In this document: piece by piece, positions 17,935 through 25,948 of the stretch | Numbering within the stretch: position 1 is the stretch's first letter | Layout of the letters: every line of letters begins with the position of its first letter | From: an archaeon | GTDB lineage: Archaea > Iainarchaeota > Iainarchaeia > Iainarchaeales > 1-14-0-10-31-34 | Direction of reading: 5' to 3' | NCBI GenBank assembly: GCA_024277355.1 | Contig: JAJRVL010000005.1 | Location: 1 to 32,000 of the forward strand | DNA length: 32,000 bases | Notes under the pieces: model-generated | Databases searched by the model: none | What the model was told of the DNA's origin: nothing | Seen by the model: the letters and a program-made list of their open reading frames with translations, nothing else | Program-made: the position numbers and the translations under genes

Positions 17935-18507
17935 TTATTGTTTTTTCTTCTTATTAAACTTTCTTATTTCCTGTATTTTTACAATAAAATTTGCAATAAT
18001 GCTTGAAATCATATGGCTTAAAAGCAGTAAATAAACTGTTTCTTTTTCAAATAAACTAATTAAATAAATTGTTTCTGTAATAAAATAAAGTACACTAAAA
18101 ATTAATGCAGTCAATAAAATTTTTTTCTTTGTGAATTTAATATAATGAAATATTGGTATTTCTTCAACTAAAGAAAGCCCTAAAGGAACACTCATTATAA
18201 TAATTAAAAAAAAAGTATAACCCCATCCAGTTAAAACCAAAAAAACAAAAGGAATTCCTAAAATAAATGTAATCTGCTTAAACCTCTGCTTTAATTTTTC
18301 AGGGCTTTTTTTATTCCATTTAACATAATTTTCTGTTAAAGAAGCAAAAACAGTCATTGAAGTAATCATTAAAATAAAATAAATTCTTGAATGAATTGAA
18401 TCAAAAAAAGGACTTTCTTTTATTAATAATAAATAGCTGAATAATACAATTAATCCTAATAAAATAAAACTAATCTTAAATTCTTGCCTGATTTTTTTTG
18501 AAACCAT
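17935..18507 (-). CDS. Hypothetical polytopic membrane protein
   Basis: 190 aa with about five hydrophobic segments and a basic C-terminus (KFNKKKKQ). No family recognised. Confidence 0.45.
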   Translation of the reverse strand: MVSKKIRQEFKISFILLGLIVLFSYLLLIKESPFFDSIHSRIYFILMITSMTVFASLTENYVKWNKKSPEKLKQRFKQITFILGIPFVFLVLTGWGYTFFLIIIMSVPLGLSLVEEIPIFHYIKFTKKKILLTALIFSVLYFITETIYLISLFEKETVYLLLLSHMISSIIANFIVKIQEIRKFNKKKKQ

Positions 18508-18562
18508 AGCTAATACAAAAGAACTTTATTCTATTTATGTTTGTGTTTTAGTTTTTTTAAAG

Positions 18563-19681
18563 CTATTTAAACACTTTTTTGAATTTTTTGAAAAAACCAT
18601 TGTCTTCTTTTTCTTCTTGTTTTATTTCTTCAAACAATTCTTTTTGTTTTCTTGAAAGCTTTTCAGGAGTTCTTACAATTACTTTAATGTATTCATCTCC
18701 AAAACCGCCTCTTTCAATGTCTTTAATTCCTTTTCCTTTTAATCTAAAAATAGTTCCAGTCTGGGTTCCTGCAGGAATCTTTAATTTTCCTTTTTCTTTT
18801 AATGTTGGAATTTCAATTTCTCCTCCTAAAGCTGCAGTTGAAAAATTAATTGGAACTTCTCCATAAATATCTGTCTGGTCTCTTTTGAAAAATTTATGCG
18901 GTTCAATAAAAATAATTACATATAAGTCTCCGTTTCCTGCGCCTCTTTCTCCTGCATTTCCTTCTCCTTGTAATCTTAAATAAGCTCCATTTTGGATTCC
19001 TTCAGGAATTCTTACTTCAATTTTTCTTTTTTTCTTTATTCTTCCTGTTCCATGGCATTTACTGCATGGGTTTTTTACTGTTTTTCCTTCTCCTCCACAT
19101 TTTCTGCAGGTTGTTTTTGTAGTAAAAGTTCCAAAAGGCGTTCTTTGGGCATGAGTCTGCATTCCTGTTCCATTACATTGACTACAGTCAATTAAACCAT
19201 CTTTTTCTTCTGAACCTGTTCCATTGCATTTATCACAGGCTTCAATTCTTTCTATTTCAATTTCTTTTTTTATTCCAAATACTGCTTCTTCAAATCCAAT
19301 ATTTAAATCAAACCTTAAATCAACTCCTTTTCTTGGACCTCTTTTTTTTCCTCTTCCTCCAAAAATATTTCCAAAACCAAAACTTGAAAACAAGTCATCA
19401 AAATCCATATTAGAAAAATCAAATCCTCCTGTTCCTTGTCCTCCAAATCCCTGAAAGCCTTCAGCTGCGTGCCCAAACTGATCATAATTAGATTTTTTTT
19501 GTTCATCGCTTAAAACAGAATAAGCTTCTAATATTTCTTTGAATTTTTCTTCAGCATGTTCTTCTTTAGATATATCTGGATGAAATTTTTTTGCCATTTT
19601 TTTGTAAGCAGATTTAATTTCGTCAGCTGAAGCTCCTTTATTCAACCCTAAAATTTCATAGTAATCTCTTTTTGTGGTCAT
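18563..19681 (-). CDS. dnaJ: Chaperone DnaJ (Hsp40, type I)
   Basis: J domain with KKFHPD, a G/F-rich linker and four CxxCxGxG repeats (CDKCNGTG, CSQCNGTG, CRKCGGEG, CSKCHGTG). Confidence 0.97.
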   Translation of the reverse strand: MTTKRDYYEILGLNKGASADEIKSAYKKMAKKFHPDISKEEHAEEKFKEILEAYSVLSDEQKKSNYDQFGHAAEGFQGFGGQGTGGFDFSNMDFDDLFSSFGFGNIFGGRGKKRGPRKGVDLRFDLNIGFEEAVFGIKKEIEIERIEACDKCNGTGSEEKDGLIDCSQCNGTGMQTHAQRTPFGTFTTKTTCRKCGGEGKTVKNPCSKCHGTGRIKKKRKIEVRIPEGIQNGAYLRLQGEGNAGERGAGNGDLYVIIFIEPHKFFKRDQTDIYGEVPINFSTAALGGEIEIPTLKEKGKLKIPAGTQTGTIFRLKGKGIKDIERGGFGDEYIKVIVRTPEKLSRKQKELFEEIKQEEKEDNGFFKKFKKVFK

Positions 19682-19740
19682 AAACTTTCACACTAAGTTT
19701 GCACTTATGCTGAAAAATAAAGAAGAAAGAAAAGAAATTT

Positions 19741-19763
19741 AAGTTAATTGAATTAATTAACTT
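19741..19763 (-). terminator. AT-only hairpin between dnaK and dnaJ (possible attenuator or terminator)
   Basis: aagttaatt / gaatt / aattaactt is a perfect 9-bp inverted repeat with a 5-nt loop, 21 nt downstream of the dnaK stop. In the transcription direction it is followed by T-rich sequence. The stem is all A/T apart from one G-C pair, so it is weak. Confidence 0.25.
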
Positions 19764-19783
19764 TTTTCTTTTAAATTATTTTT

Positions 19784-21682
19784 TTACTTTTTATCTTCTT
19801 TTTTGTCTTTTTCAACTTTATAGTCTGCGTCAACAACTTTTTCGTCTTTTGATTTATCTTTGTTTTCTGTCTGGTTTGTGCCTGTATTTCCTTGAGTTTC
19901 TGTTTGTCCTTTAGCCTGTTGCTCTTGTGCTGCTTTTTGGTATAATTCAGTTGAAGCTTCCTGAAATAATTTATTTACTTCATCTAATTTTGTTTTGATT
20001 GCTGTAACATCTTTTTGTTCTGGTTCCATTAATTTTTTTAGTTCAGCTGTTTTGTCTTTTATTCCCTGAATTTTTTTTGCATCAACTTTTCCTTCCATTT
20101 CTTTCAAAGTTTTTTCTGTTTGATATACAACTGCGTCTGCCTGGTTTATTATGTCAATTTCTTCTTTTTTCTTTTTGTCTGTTTCAGCAAATTGTTCTGC
20201 TTCTTTTTTCATTTTTTCAATGTCTTCTTCTTTTAATTTTTCTGAAGCAACAATTGAAATTTTCTGGCTTTTTCCTGTTCCCATATCTTTTGCTGTTACA
20301 TGCACTATTCCGTTTGCATCAATATCAAAGGTAACTTCAATTTGAGGTATTCCACGAGGTGCCGGAGGGATTCCAATTAACTGAAATCTTCCTAAAGTTT
20401 TGTTATCTGAAGCCATTGCTCTTTCTCCCTGCAATACATGAATATCAACTGCTGTTTGATTTTCTGCTGCAGTAGAAAAAATCTGGCTTTTTTTTGTTGG
20501 AATAGTTGTATTTCTTTCAATTAATTTAGTAAAAACACTTCCTAAAGTTTCAATTCCTAAACTTAATGGAGTTACATCTAAAAGCAAAATATCTTTTACT
20601 TCTCCTGATAAAACTCCTGCCTGAATTGCTGCACCCATTGCAACACATTCCATTGGGTCAACGCCTCTTTCAACTTTTTTTCCAACAATTTTTTCTACAA
20701 ATTCATGGACTATAGGCATTCTTGTCGGGCCTCCAACTAAAACAACTCTGTGAATGTCATTTGGAGTTAATTTTGCGTCAGCTAAAGCCTGATTAACAGG
20801 CTTTTCACATTTTTCAACAATTGGTTTAACTAATTCTTCAATTTTAGCTCTGTTTAATTTCATTACTAAATGTTTTGGTCCTTCTTTTGTTGCAGTAATA
20901 TAAGGCAGATTAATTTCGGTTTCAATTACATTAGATAATTCAATTTTTGCTTTTTCTGCTGATTCATTTAATCTCTGCAAAGCCATTTTATCTTGAGTTA
21001 AATCTACTCCGTCTGTTTTCTTGAATTCAGCTATAATAAAATCAGTTAACACTTTATCCATGTCTCTTCCGCCTAATTGAGTGTTTCCTGAAGTTGACTT
21101 AACTTCAAATACTCCGTCGCCGAAATCCATTATAGTTACATCTAATGTTCCTCCGCCAAAATCAAAAACCAAAATTTTCTGGTCTTTTTCTTTTTTATCT
21201 AAACCATAAGCTAAGGATGCGGCTGTTGGTTCATTAACTATTCTGATTACATCTAATCCTGCAATTTTTCCTGCGTCTTTTGTTGCCTGTCTTTGATTGT
21301 CATCAAAGTAAGCCGGAACTGTAATCACTGCTTTTTCTACTTTTTCTCCTAAAAAGCTTTCTGCATCTTTTTTTATTTTCTGCAAAATAAAAGCTGAAAT
21401 CTGCTGAGGAGTGTATTCTTTTCCATAAACTTTAAATTTTTCTGTTGTTCCCATTTTTCTTTTTGCACCGGTAATTGTTCCTTCTGGATTGCTTATTGCT
21501 TGTCTTTTTGCTGGTTCTCCAACTAACATTTGCCCGTCTTTAGTAAAAGCTACAATTGAAGGAAATGCTTTTCCATATAAACTTGCTCCTTCAGCTGAAG
21601 AAATTATTTTTGGTTTTCCTCCTTCTAATACTGCTGCTGCAGAATTTGAAGTTCCTAAATCTATTCCGATTATCTTACTCAT
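19784..21682 (-). CDS. dnaK: Chaperone DnaK (Hsp70)
   Basis: [28 protein letters not shown] and a complete substrate-binding domain; 632 aa. GGTGAT lies 4 nt upstream of the ATG. Confidence 0.98.
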   Translation of the reverse strand: MSKIIGIDLGTSNSAAAVLEGGKPKIISSAEGASLYGKAFPSIVAFTKDGQMLVGEPAKRQAISNPEGTITGAKRKMGTTEKFKVYGKEYTPQQISAFILQKIKKDAESFLGEKVEKAVITVPAYFDDNQRQATKDAGKIAGLDVIRIVNEPTAASLAYGLDKKEKDQKILVFDFGGGTLDVTIMDFGDGVFEVKSTSGNTQLGGRDMDKVLTDFIIAEFKKTDGVDLTQDKMALQRLNESAEKAKIELSNVIETEINLPYITATKEGPKHLVMKLNRAKIEELVKPIVEKCEKPVNQALADAKLTPNDIHRVVLVGGPTRMPIVHEFVEKIVGKKVERGVDPMECVAMGAAIQAGVLSGEVKDILLLDVTPLSLGIETLGSVFTKLIERNTTIPTKKSQIFSTAAENQTAVDIHVLQGERAMASDNKTLGRFQLIGIPPAPRGIPQIEVTFDIDANGIVHVTAKDMGTGKSQKISIVASEKLKEEDIEKMKKEAEQFAETDKKKKEEIDIINQADAVVYQTEKTLKEMEGKVDAKKIQGIKDKTAELKKLMEPEQKDVTAIKTKLDEVNKLFQEASTELYQKAAQEQQAKGQTETQGNTGTNQTENKDKSKDEKVVDADYKVEKDKKEDKK

Positions 21683-21696
21683 TTTATCACCTTTTT

Positions 21697-21831
21697 TTAA
21701 TTAGCATAAATTTGCTTTCTTAATCTCTTTTCTTCTTCATTTAAGTTTGGTTTAGCTTTATCTGGGATTTCTTCTGGAAACTCCTCAAAATCTTCTGGGC
21801 CAAATTCTTCATTCAATTTTTTTTCATTCAT
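21697..21831 (-). CDS. Unannotated 44-aa acidic small ORF between grpE and dnaK
   Basis: Hand translation gives [44 protein letters not shown] then TAA. The ATG (21831-21829) lies inside the last codons of grpE. The stop is directly upstream of the dnaK GGTGAT site. It is below the track length cutoff. Confidence 0.45.
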   Translation of the reverse strand: MNEKKLNEEFGPEDFEEFPEEIPDKAKPNLNEEEKRLRKQIYAN

Positions 21832-22336
21832 TTTTTTCACTCTCTATTGAATTAATTTTAACTTTTGAATGCCTTAACACTTTGTCATTTAACATAAATC
21901 CTTTTTGAAATTCCTCTAAAATAATTTCATCTTGTTTTTCTGAATTATTTTCTTTTAGTAAGCATTCATGGAATTCCGGATTAAATTTTTTTCCAAGTGA
22001 ATTAATTTCTTTTAAACCATATTTTTCTAAAACTTCAGTTAATTGTTTTTTAATTAATTCAAGTCCTTTAATTGTTTCTGGATTCCCGTTTTTTTCAGCA
22101 GAATCAATTGAATCAAGTATTGGAAGCAAGGATTTAATTAATTCAGCATTACTAAATTCAGCAAAATGTTTTCTGTCTTTTTCTTCTCTTTTCTTAAAAT
22201 TTTCAAATTCTGCCTGAATTCTTTTAACTAATTCAGTTAATTCTTCTATTTTAGCTTGTTTTAAGTCTTTATTTGCTGTTTCTTCTTTTTCTTTTCTTTC
22301 TTTTTTTATGTGTTTATGTCCAATCAAATTAATCAC
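21824..22336 (-). CDS. grpE: Nucleotide exchange factor GrpE
   Basis: Coiled-coil N-terminus (LVKRIQAEFENFKKREEKD), LLPILDSIDSA, FNPEFHECL and a C-terminal beta domain ending KVLRHSKVKI. There is no ATG in the first ~140 codons. The start is GTG 22336 or TTG 22327. Confidence 0.9.
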   Translation of the reverse strand: MINLIGHKHIKKERKEKEETANKDLKQAKIEELTELVKRIQAEFENFKKREEKDRKHFAEFSNAELIKSLLPILDSIDSAEKNGNPETIKGLELIKKQLTEVLEKYGLKEINSLGKKFNPEFHECLLKENNSEKQDEIILEEFQKGFMLNDKVLRHSKVKINSIESEKNE

Positions 22337-22347
22337 TGTCTAAAAAG

Positions 22348-22378
22348 TTTTGACTATGACTAAACTCTTTAGTCAAAA
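22348..22378. promoter_or_regulatory. Perfect 9-bp inverted repeat (candidate operator) in the grpE/regulator divergent intergenic region
   Basis: ttttgacta (22348-22356) and tagtcaaaa (22370-22378) are exact reverse complements, separated by 13 nt. The spacer begins with a second tgacta copy, a direct repeat of 22351-22356. Confidence 0.4.
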
Positions 22379-22380
22379 TA

Positions 22381-22389
22381 TTTTTAAAT
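22381..22389. promoter_or_regulatory. TATA-box-like element, possibly bidirectional
   Basis: tttttaaat is centred about 26 nt upstream of the ATG at 22411, which fits a leaderless transcript. The reverse complement also reads as a TATA-like element upstream of grpE. Confidence 0.3.
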
Positions 22390-22410
22390 GTTTTGTTGGA
22401 CTTTTATTTT

Positions 22411-22905
22411 ATGGAAGAAAATGAAAGAAAACTAATTGCATTTAATCATAGATTTCAGTTAACAGGAAAAATTCATATTCCTGCTGCTACTAAGCATAGA
22501 TTTCAGGTTATAATAAGAAAAGTTGAACAGCCTTTTTCAACGCAAGCAGATGAAGAATTTAATTGGTTGTTAGAGTGTTTAGGCTTTTTTGAGCCTATAG
22601 ATAAAGGAAAAACAGCTGCTTTAGTGTTTAAGGAATTAGTTAAAGCCACTGAGAGTGGAAGATTATTAACTTCAACTGAATTAGCTGAAAGAGTCGGTAT
22701 GAGCAGAGGAGCAGTAATTAATCATTTAAATAATCTTCAAAGATCTGGCCTTGTATTAAAGGAAGGAAGCAGATATATGTCCAGAAGCAAGTCAATGTTT
22801 CGCATGATTAAAGAATTACAGGATGAAATTAATTTAGTTTTTAAAAGAATGGAACAAACTGCAAAGGAATTAGACCAAGAAATGGGCTTGTTTTTAAAGG
22901 ATTAA
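22411..22905 (+). CDS. Winged-helix (ArsR/TrmB-like) transcriptional regulator, divergent from grpE-dnaK-dnaJ
   Basis: The HTH segment LTSTELAERVGMSRGAVINHLNNLQRSGLVLKEG is followed by a helical tail. The track starts at TTG 22393. I prefer ATG 22411 (MEENERK...). Confidence 0.6.
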   Translation: MEENERKLIAFNHRFQLTGKIHIPAATKHRFQVIIRKVEQPFSTQADEEFNWLLECLGFFEPIDKGKTAALVFKELVKATESGRLLTSTELAERVGMSRGAVINHLNNLQRSGLVLKEGSRYMSRSKSMFRMIKELQDEINLVFKRMEQTAKELDQEMGLFLKD

Positions 22906-24299
22906 ACTCTTTTAAATTTTGACTGAAAATGCCTTAAGATTGGACTTTCAAATTCAAATTTTAATCCTTTGATTTTGTCTTTTCTTTCCTTTATGTTTTT
23001 CATTGCTTCAATAATATAATCCATATGTTCTTTCAGATAAACTCTTCTTGGAATAGTCAACCTCATTAAATCCATTTCAGGCATTTTATCTTTTCCTGTT
23101 TTTGGATCTCTTCCAGCTAATAATGTTCCTATTTCTACTGCTCTAATTCCTGCTTCAATATAAAGTTCAGTGCAAAGTGTATGTGAAGGAAATTGTTCTT
23201 GCGGAATATGAGCCAAAAATTTTTTGCCGTCAACAAAAACTGCATGACCTCCAATTGGTTTCATTATTGGAATTCCAATTTTATTTAATTCTTCTCCTAA
23301 ATATTTAACTTGTCCAATTCTGTATTTTAAATAGTCTTCTTGTATTCCTTCTTTTAATCCAACTGCAATTGCTTCTAAATCTCTTCCGGCTAATCCTCCA
23401 TAAGTTGGAAAACCTTCAAATAAAATTCCAAAAGGAATGCTTTTTTCATAAAGTTCTTTTTCTTTAAATGCAATTAATCCGCCAATATTAACTATTGCAT
23501 CTTTTTTTGCGCTCATTGTGCATCCATCAGCATAAGAAAACATTTCTAAAACAATTTCTGAAATTGATTTATTTTCAAAACCTTTTTCTCTTTGTTTAAT
23601 GAAAAAAGCATTTTCTGCAAATCTTGCTGCATCAATAAAAAAATAAACTTCAAACTTTTTGCATAACTCGCTTGTTTTTTTTATGTTTTCCATTGAAACC
23701 GGCTGGCCTCCTCCGGAATTACAAGTAATTGTATGCAGAACATAACCTATATTTCCTTTATTTTTTTATAAAACTTCTTCTAATTTTTTTAAATCAATAT
23801 TTCCTTTAAATGGAAGTTCTTTTTCACAGTCAAATGCTTCTTTTATTACACAATTAACAGGAATTCCTTTTTTGTGCTCAATATGGGCTGTTGTTGTGTC
23901 AAAATGAATGTTTCCAGGAATTATGTTTCCTTCTTTTATTAAAACTGCATCTAATATGTGTTCTGCTGCTCTTCCCTGATGTACAGGCAGAACAAAATCA
24001 AATCCAATTACATCTTTAACTGAATTTTTAAAGTTATCAAAACTTTTTGCTCCGGCATAACTTTCATCTGCTTTAATCATTGCAGACCATTGCTCCTGAG
24101 ACATTGCATTTGTTCCTGAATCAGTTAATAAATCAATAAAAATTTCATTTGATTTAAGCAAAAAAATATTTAAGCCTGCTTTTTCTATTGCTTTAATTCT
24201 TTTTTCTTTTGAAATTAGTTTTATTGGTTCAATGCTTTTAATTTTAAAATTCGGAATAATATAATTCAATTTTTCACAACCCTGCTTTTTTTTAAACAT
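22902..24299 (-). pseudogene. Tryptophanase/tyrosine phenol-lyase family (beta-eliminating lyase) gene interrupted by one in-frame TAA
   Basis: Track ORFs 23766-24299 (N-terminal part: FIDLLTDSGTNAMS, PVHQGRAAE) and 22902-23693 (C-terminal part: DAARFAENAFFIKQRE, PLP-lysine motif MSAKKDA, FPTYGGLAG, LRLTIPRRVY) are in the same frame. The 72 nt between them translate as KNKGNIGYVLHTITCNSGGGQPVS, which is the expected conserved segment. The only defect is TAA at 23766-23768. Confidence 0.85.
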
Positions 24300-24368
24300 T
24301 TAAGAATAGGAAAATCTTAAAAAAACATCTAAACAGAAAATAGTTTGTTTTTACTTGAGAGTGGTTAA

Positions 24369-24530
24369 ATGACTAAAGTGTTGGGAATTGTTTTATTGGT
24401 TTTTGGAGTAGTTGCGTTTTTTTCTTCTGTGGGAATGATTGAATGGAGTTTATTGAATGAACAGGCGTTTGTTTTCAATGCAATTCCTGTTTTATTGTTT
24501 TCTTTTGCAGTATTCCATTTATTCAAATAA
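24369..24530 (+). CDS. Unannotated 53-aa two-TM small membrane protein
   Basis: Hand translation gives MTKVLGIVLLVFGVVAFFSSVGMIEWSLLNEQAFVFNAIPVLLFSFAVFHLFK then TAA. It has two hydrophobic helices and is on the same strand as, and 51 nt upstream of, the HExxH membrane protein. Confidence 0.4.
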   Translation: MTKVLGIVLLVFGVVAFFSSVGMIEWSLLNEQAFVFNAIPVLLFSFAVFHLFK

Positions 24531-24581
24531 ATGCTGAATACAGGGTATATTCTTTTATTTTAGTTAATCCTTTTTTATTTA

Positions 24582-25175
24582 ATGAATTATAGTATTATTT
24601 TTTTTCCAGGCATGATTTTTCATGAATTAAGTCATTTAATTGCGTGCCTGCTTGTTGGCGTAAAAGTAAAAAAAGTGAAATTTTTTGGTTTAAGTGAAGC
24701 TTATGTTGTGCATGAAAAAGCTAATGCACTGAAATCAGTGATTATTACTTTAGCTCCTTTTATTTTAGGAAATGCAATTGCATTTTATTTTTTGTCTTTT
24801 TCTTTCAGGCTTTTGTTTTTTTCTGATATTTCAGGATTCTTTTTTTTATGGCTTGGATTAAGTTTTTTGTATTATTGTTTTCCTTCAGATCATGATGCTT
24901 CAAATACTTTTAATGCATTTAAGGAATTTTATTCAAATAATTTAGTTAAAGGAAATTTAATAGTCAAATTACTTTTGGTTATTTCAATTCCTTTTGTTTT
25001 TTTTCCTTTGTTTATTATTTTAGGATTATTAATTTTATTTAATTTTTCGCGTTTAATAAGACTTTTTTGGGTTGTTTTTATTTTTGCTTTAGTTTTTAAT
25101 GAACCAATTGCATTTGAAATCCTTGATTTTTTTGCTTTTTTGTTTAATGGAATAGGAACATTTTTATTTGGCTAA
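24582..25175 (+). CDS. Polytopic membrane protein with an N-terminal HExxH motif (putative intramembrane zinc metalloprotease, M50/DUF3267-like)
   Basis: FHELSHLIACLLVGVKVKKVKFFG resembles the HExxH helix plus following strand of site-2-protease-like enzymes. There are about five further TM segments and a possible third ligand region at PSDHDASN. Confidence 0.45.
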   Translation: MNYSIIFFPGMIFHELSHLIACLLVGVKVKKVKFFGLSEAYVVHEKANALKSVIITLAPFILGNAIAFYFLSFSFRLLFFSDISGFFFLWLGLSFLYYCFPSDHDASNTFNAFKEFYSNNLVKGNLIVKLLLVISIPFVFFPLFIILGLLILFNFSRLIRLFWVVFIFALVFNEPIAFEILDFFAFLFNGIGTFLFG

Positions 25176-25192
25176 ACCTAATTTTATAATAT

Positions 25193-25480
25193 ATGATTAA
25201 AGAAAAGATTTCAAAAGAAAAAACAGAATTGATAAATAAAAAAAACAGGCTTAAAGCAGATTTTGCTGAAGCAAAACAAGATACAAGGCTTTTTGCTATT
25301 TTATTTATTGAGTTTGCTTTGTCAATGGCAGTAGTATTAAGCATTTATCTTTATCTGGATCCGGAAACAAATCTTGTTCCTTTTCCTTTAAATATTATTT
25401 CTTTTGCTTTTCTTATGATTTTGATGTATTTTGTTTTTAACAAAACAAAAGAATTCAGAGAAGAAAGAAAATTGCGTTAA
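25193..25480 (+). CDS. Hypothetical small membrane protein (charged N-terminal helix plus two TM segments)
   Basis: 95-aa ORF 17 nt after the HExxH protein on the same strand. No family recognised. Confidence 0.4.
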   Translation: MIKEKISKEKTELINKKNRLKADFAEAKQDTRLFAILFIEFALSMAVVLSIYLYLDPETNLVPFPLNIISFAFLMILMYFVFNKTKEFREERKLR

Positions 25481-25669
25481 TTAATCTTCTTCCCAGCCCT
25501 GTGAGTCTTCATCTGCTTCTTCAAAGGTTTCAACTACTGTGAATTTTTTGCCTTTTTTTGCAACAAAGACTTCTATTCCGCATGAAGGGCATTCAACTGA
25601 ATCTCCTTCTTCATTTAATTCTACATCCAAATCAAAATTGTTTTGGCATTTAGGACATTGTACTTTCAT
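25481..25669 (-). CDS. LysW-like zinc-ribbon protein with an acidic C-terminal tail
   Basis: MKVQCPKCQ...VECPSCGIEVFV...ETFEEADEDSQGWEED. The CPxC...CPxCG ribbon followed by an acidic tail with a Trp near the C-terminus parallels LysW/ArgW carrier proteins, which end in EDWGE. GGTGA lies upstream of the ATG. Confidence 0.45.
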   Translation of the reverse strand: MKVQCPKCQNNFDLDVELNEEGDSVECPSCGIEVFVAKKGKKFTVVETFEEADEDSQGWEED

Positions 25670-25753
25670 TTTTTCACCTTAAAAAACTAAAATAATTCTA
25701 AAAAAATATTATTTTAAATATTTGTTTTTTGGTTATTTAGATAAAAATAGAAG

Positions 25754-25773
25754 AAAAAGGGAAACCCCTTTTT
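25754..25773 (-). terminator. Short G/C-cored hairpin flanked by T-runs on both strands
   Basis: aaaaaggg / aaac / cccttttt gives an 8-bp stem. It lies 19 nt downstream of the minus-strand small ORF stop. On the minus strand it is followed by cttctattttt. Confidence 0.3.
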
Positions 25774-25792
25774 CTTTTCAAATTTGTTTATT

Positions 25793-25948
25793 TTATTTTG
25801 ATGAAAGTTTGTTTTTCTTAATATATACCCAAATTGCTTTGGTCATTTCACTTGGAGTGATTTTTCCTGAGCCAAATACTTTCTCCACTGTGTCTGTTCT
25901 TCCTTTAAAAGAAATTGTGTATCCACCAAAAGGTTTTTTTGCTACCAT
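25793..25948 (-). CDS. Unannotated 51-aa basic small protein resembling the N-terminal half of a SWIB/MDM2 domain
   Basis: Hand translation gives MVAKKPFGGYTISFKGRTDTVEKVFGSGKITPSEMTKAIWVYIKKNKLSSK then TAA. A perfect GGAGG (25961-25957) lies 8 nt upstream of the ATG. The segment VFGSGKITPSEMTKAIWVYIKKNKL parallels the SWIB signature. It is antisense to track ORF 25722-25964, which I reject. Confidence 0.5.
   Translation of the reverse strand: MVAKKPFGGYTISFKGRTDTVEKVFGSGKITPSEMTKAIWVYIKKNKLSSK

Noticed and set aside
394-21704. Other antisense track ORFs inside long genes (for example 394-621, 4076-4471, 5293-5733, 8105-8299, 8746-8967, 10536-10982, 11169-11579, 13488-13721, 15049-15246, 16449-16877, 17584-17859, 18579-19506, 20077-20345, 21489-21704)
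   Set aside because: Each lies entirely within, and antisense to, a confidently identified gene. Each has the Ser/Phe/Leu-rich composition expected of shadow frames.
23766-23768. Genome-wide reassignment of TAA as a sense codon, as the explanation for the in-frame stop in the lyase gene
   Set aside because: TAA clearly terminates many well-defined genes in the window (for example ORF 333-1082, dnaK, carS and rps27ae) at positions matching the expected protein ends. Only local readthrough, mutation or sequence error remain plausible.
25144-25344. Minus-strand 66-aa track ORF overlapping the HExxH and 95-aa genes
   Set aside because: It straddles two plus-strand ORFs and their spacer, and has low-complexity composition with no start context.
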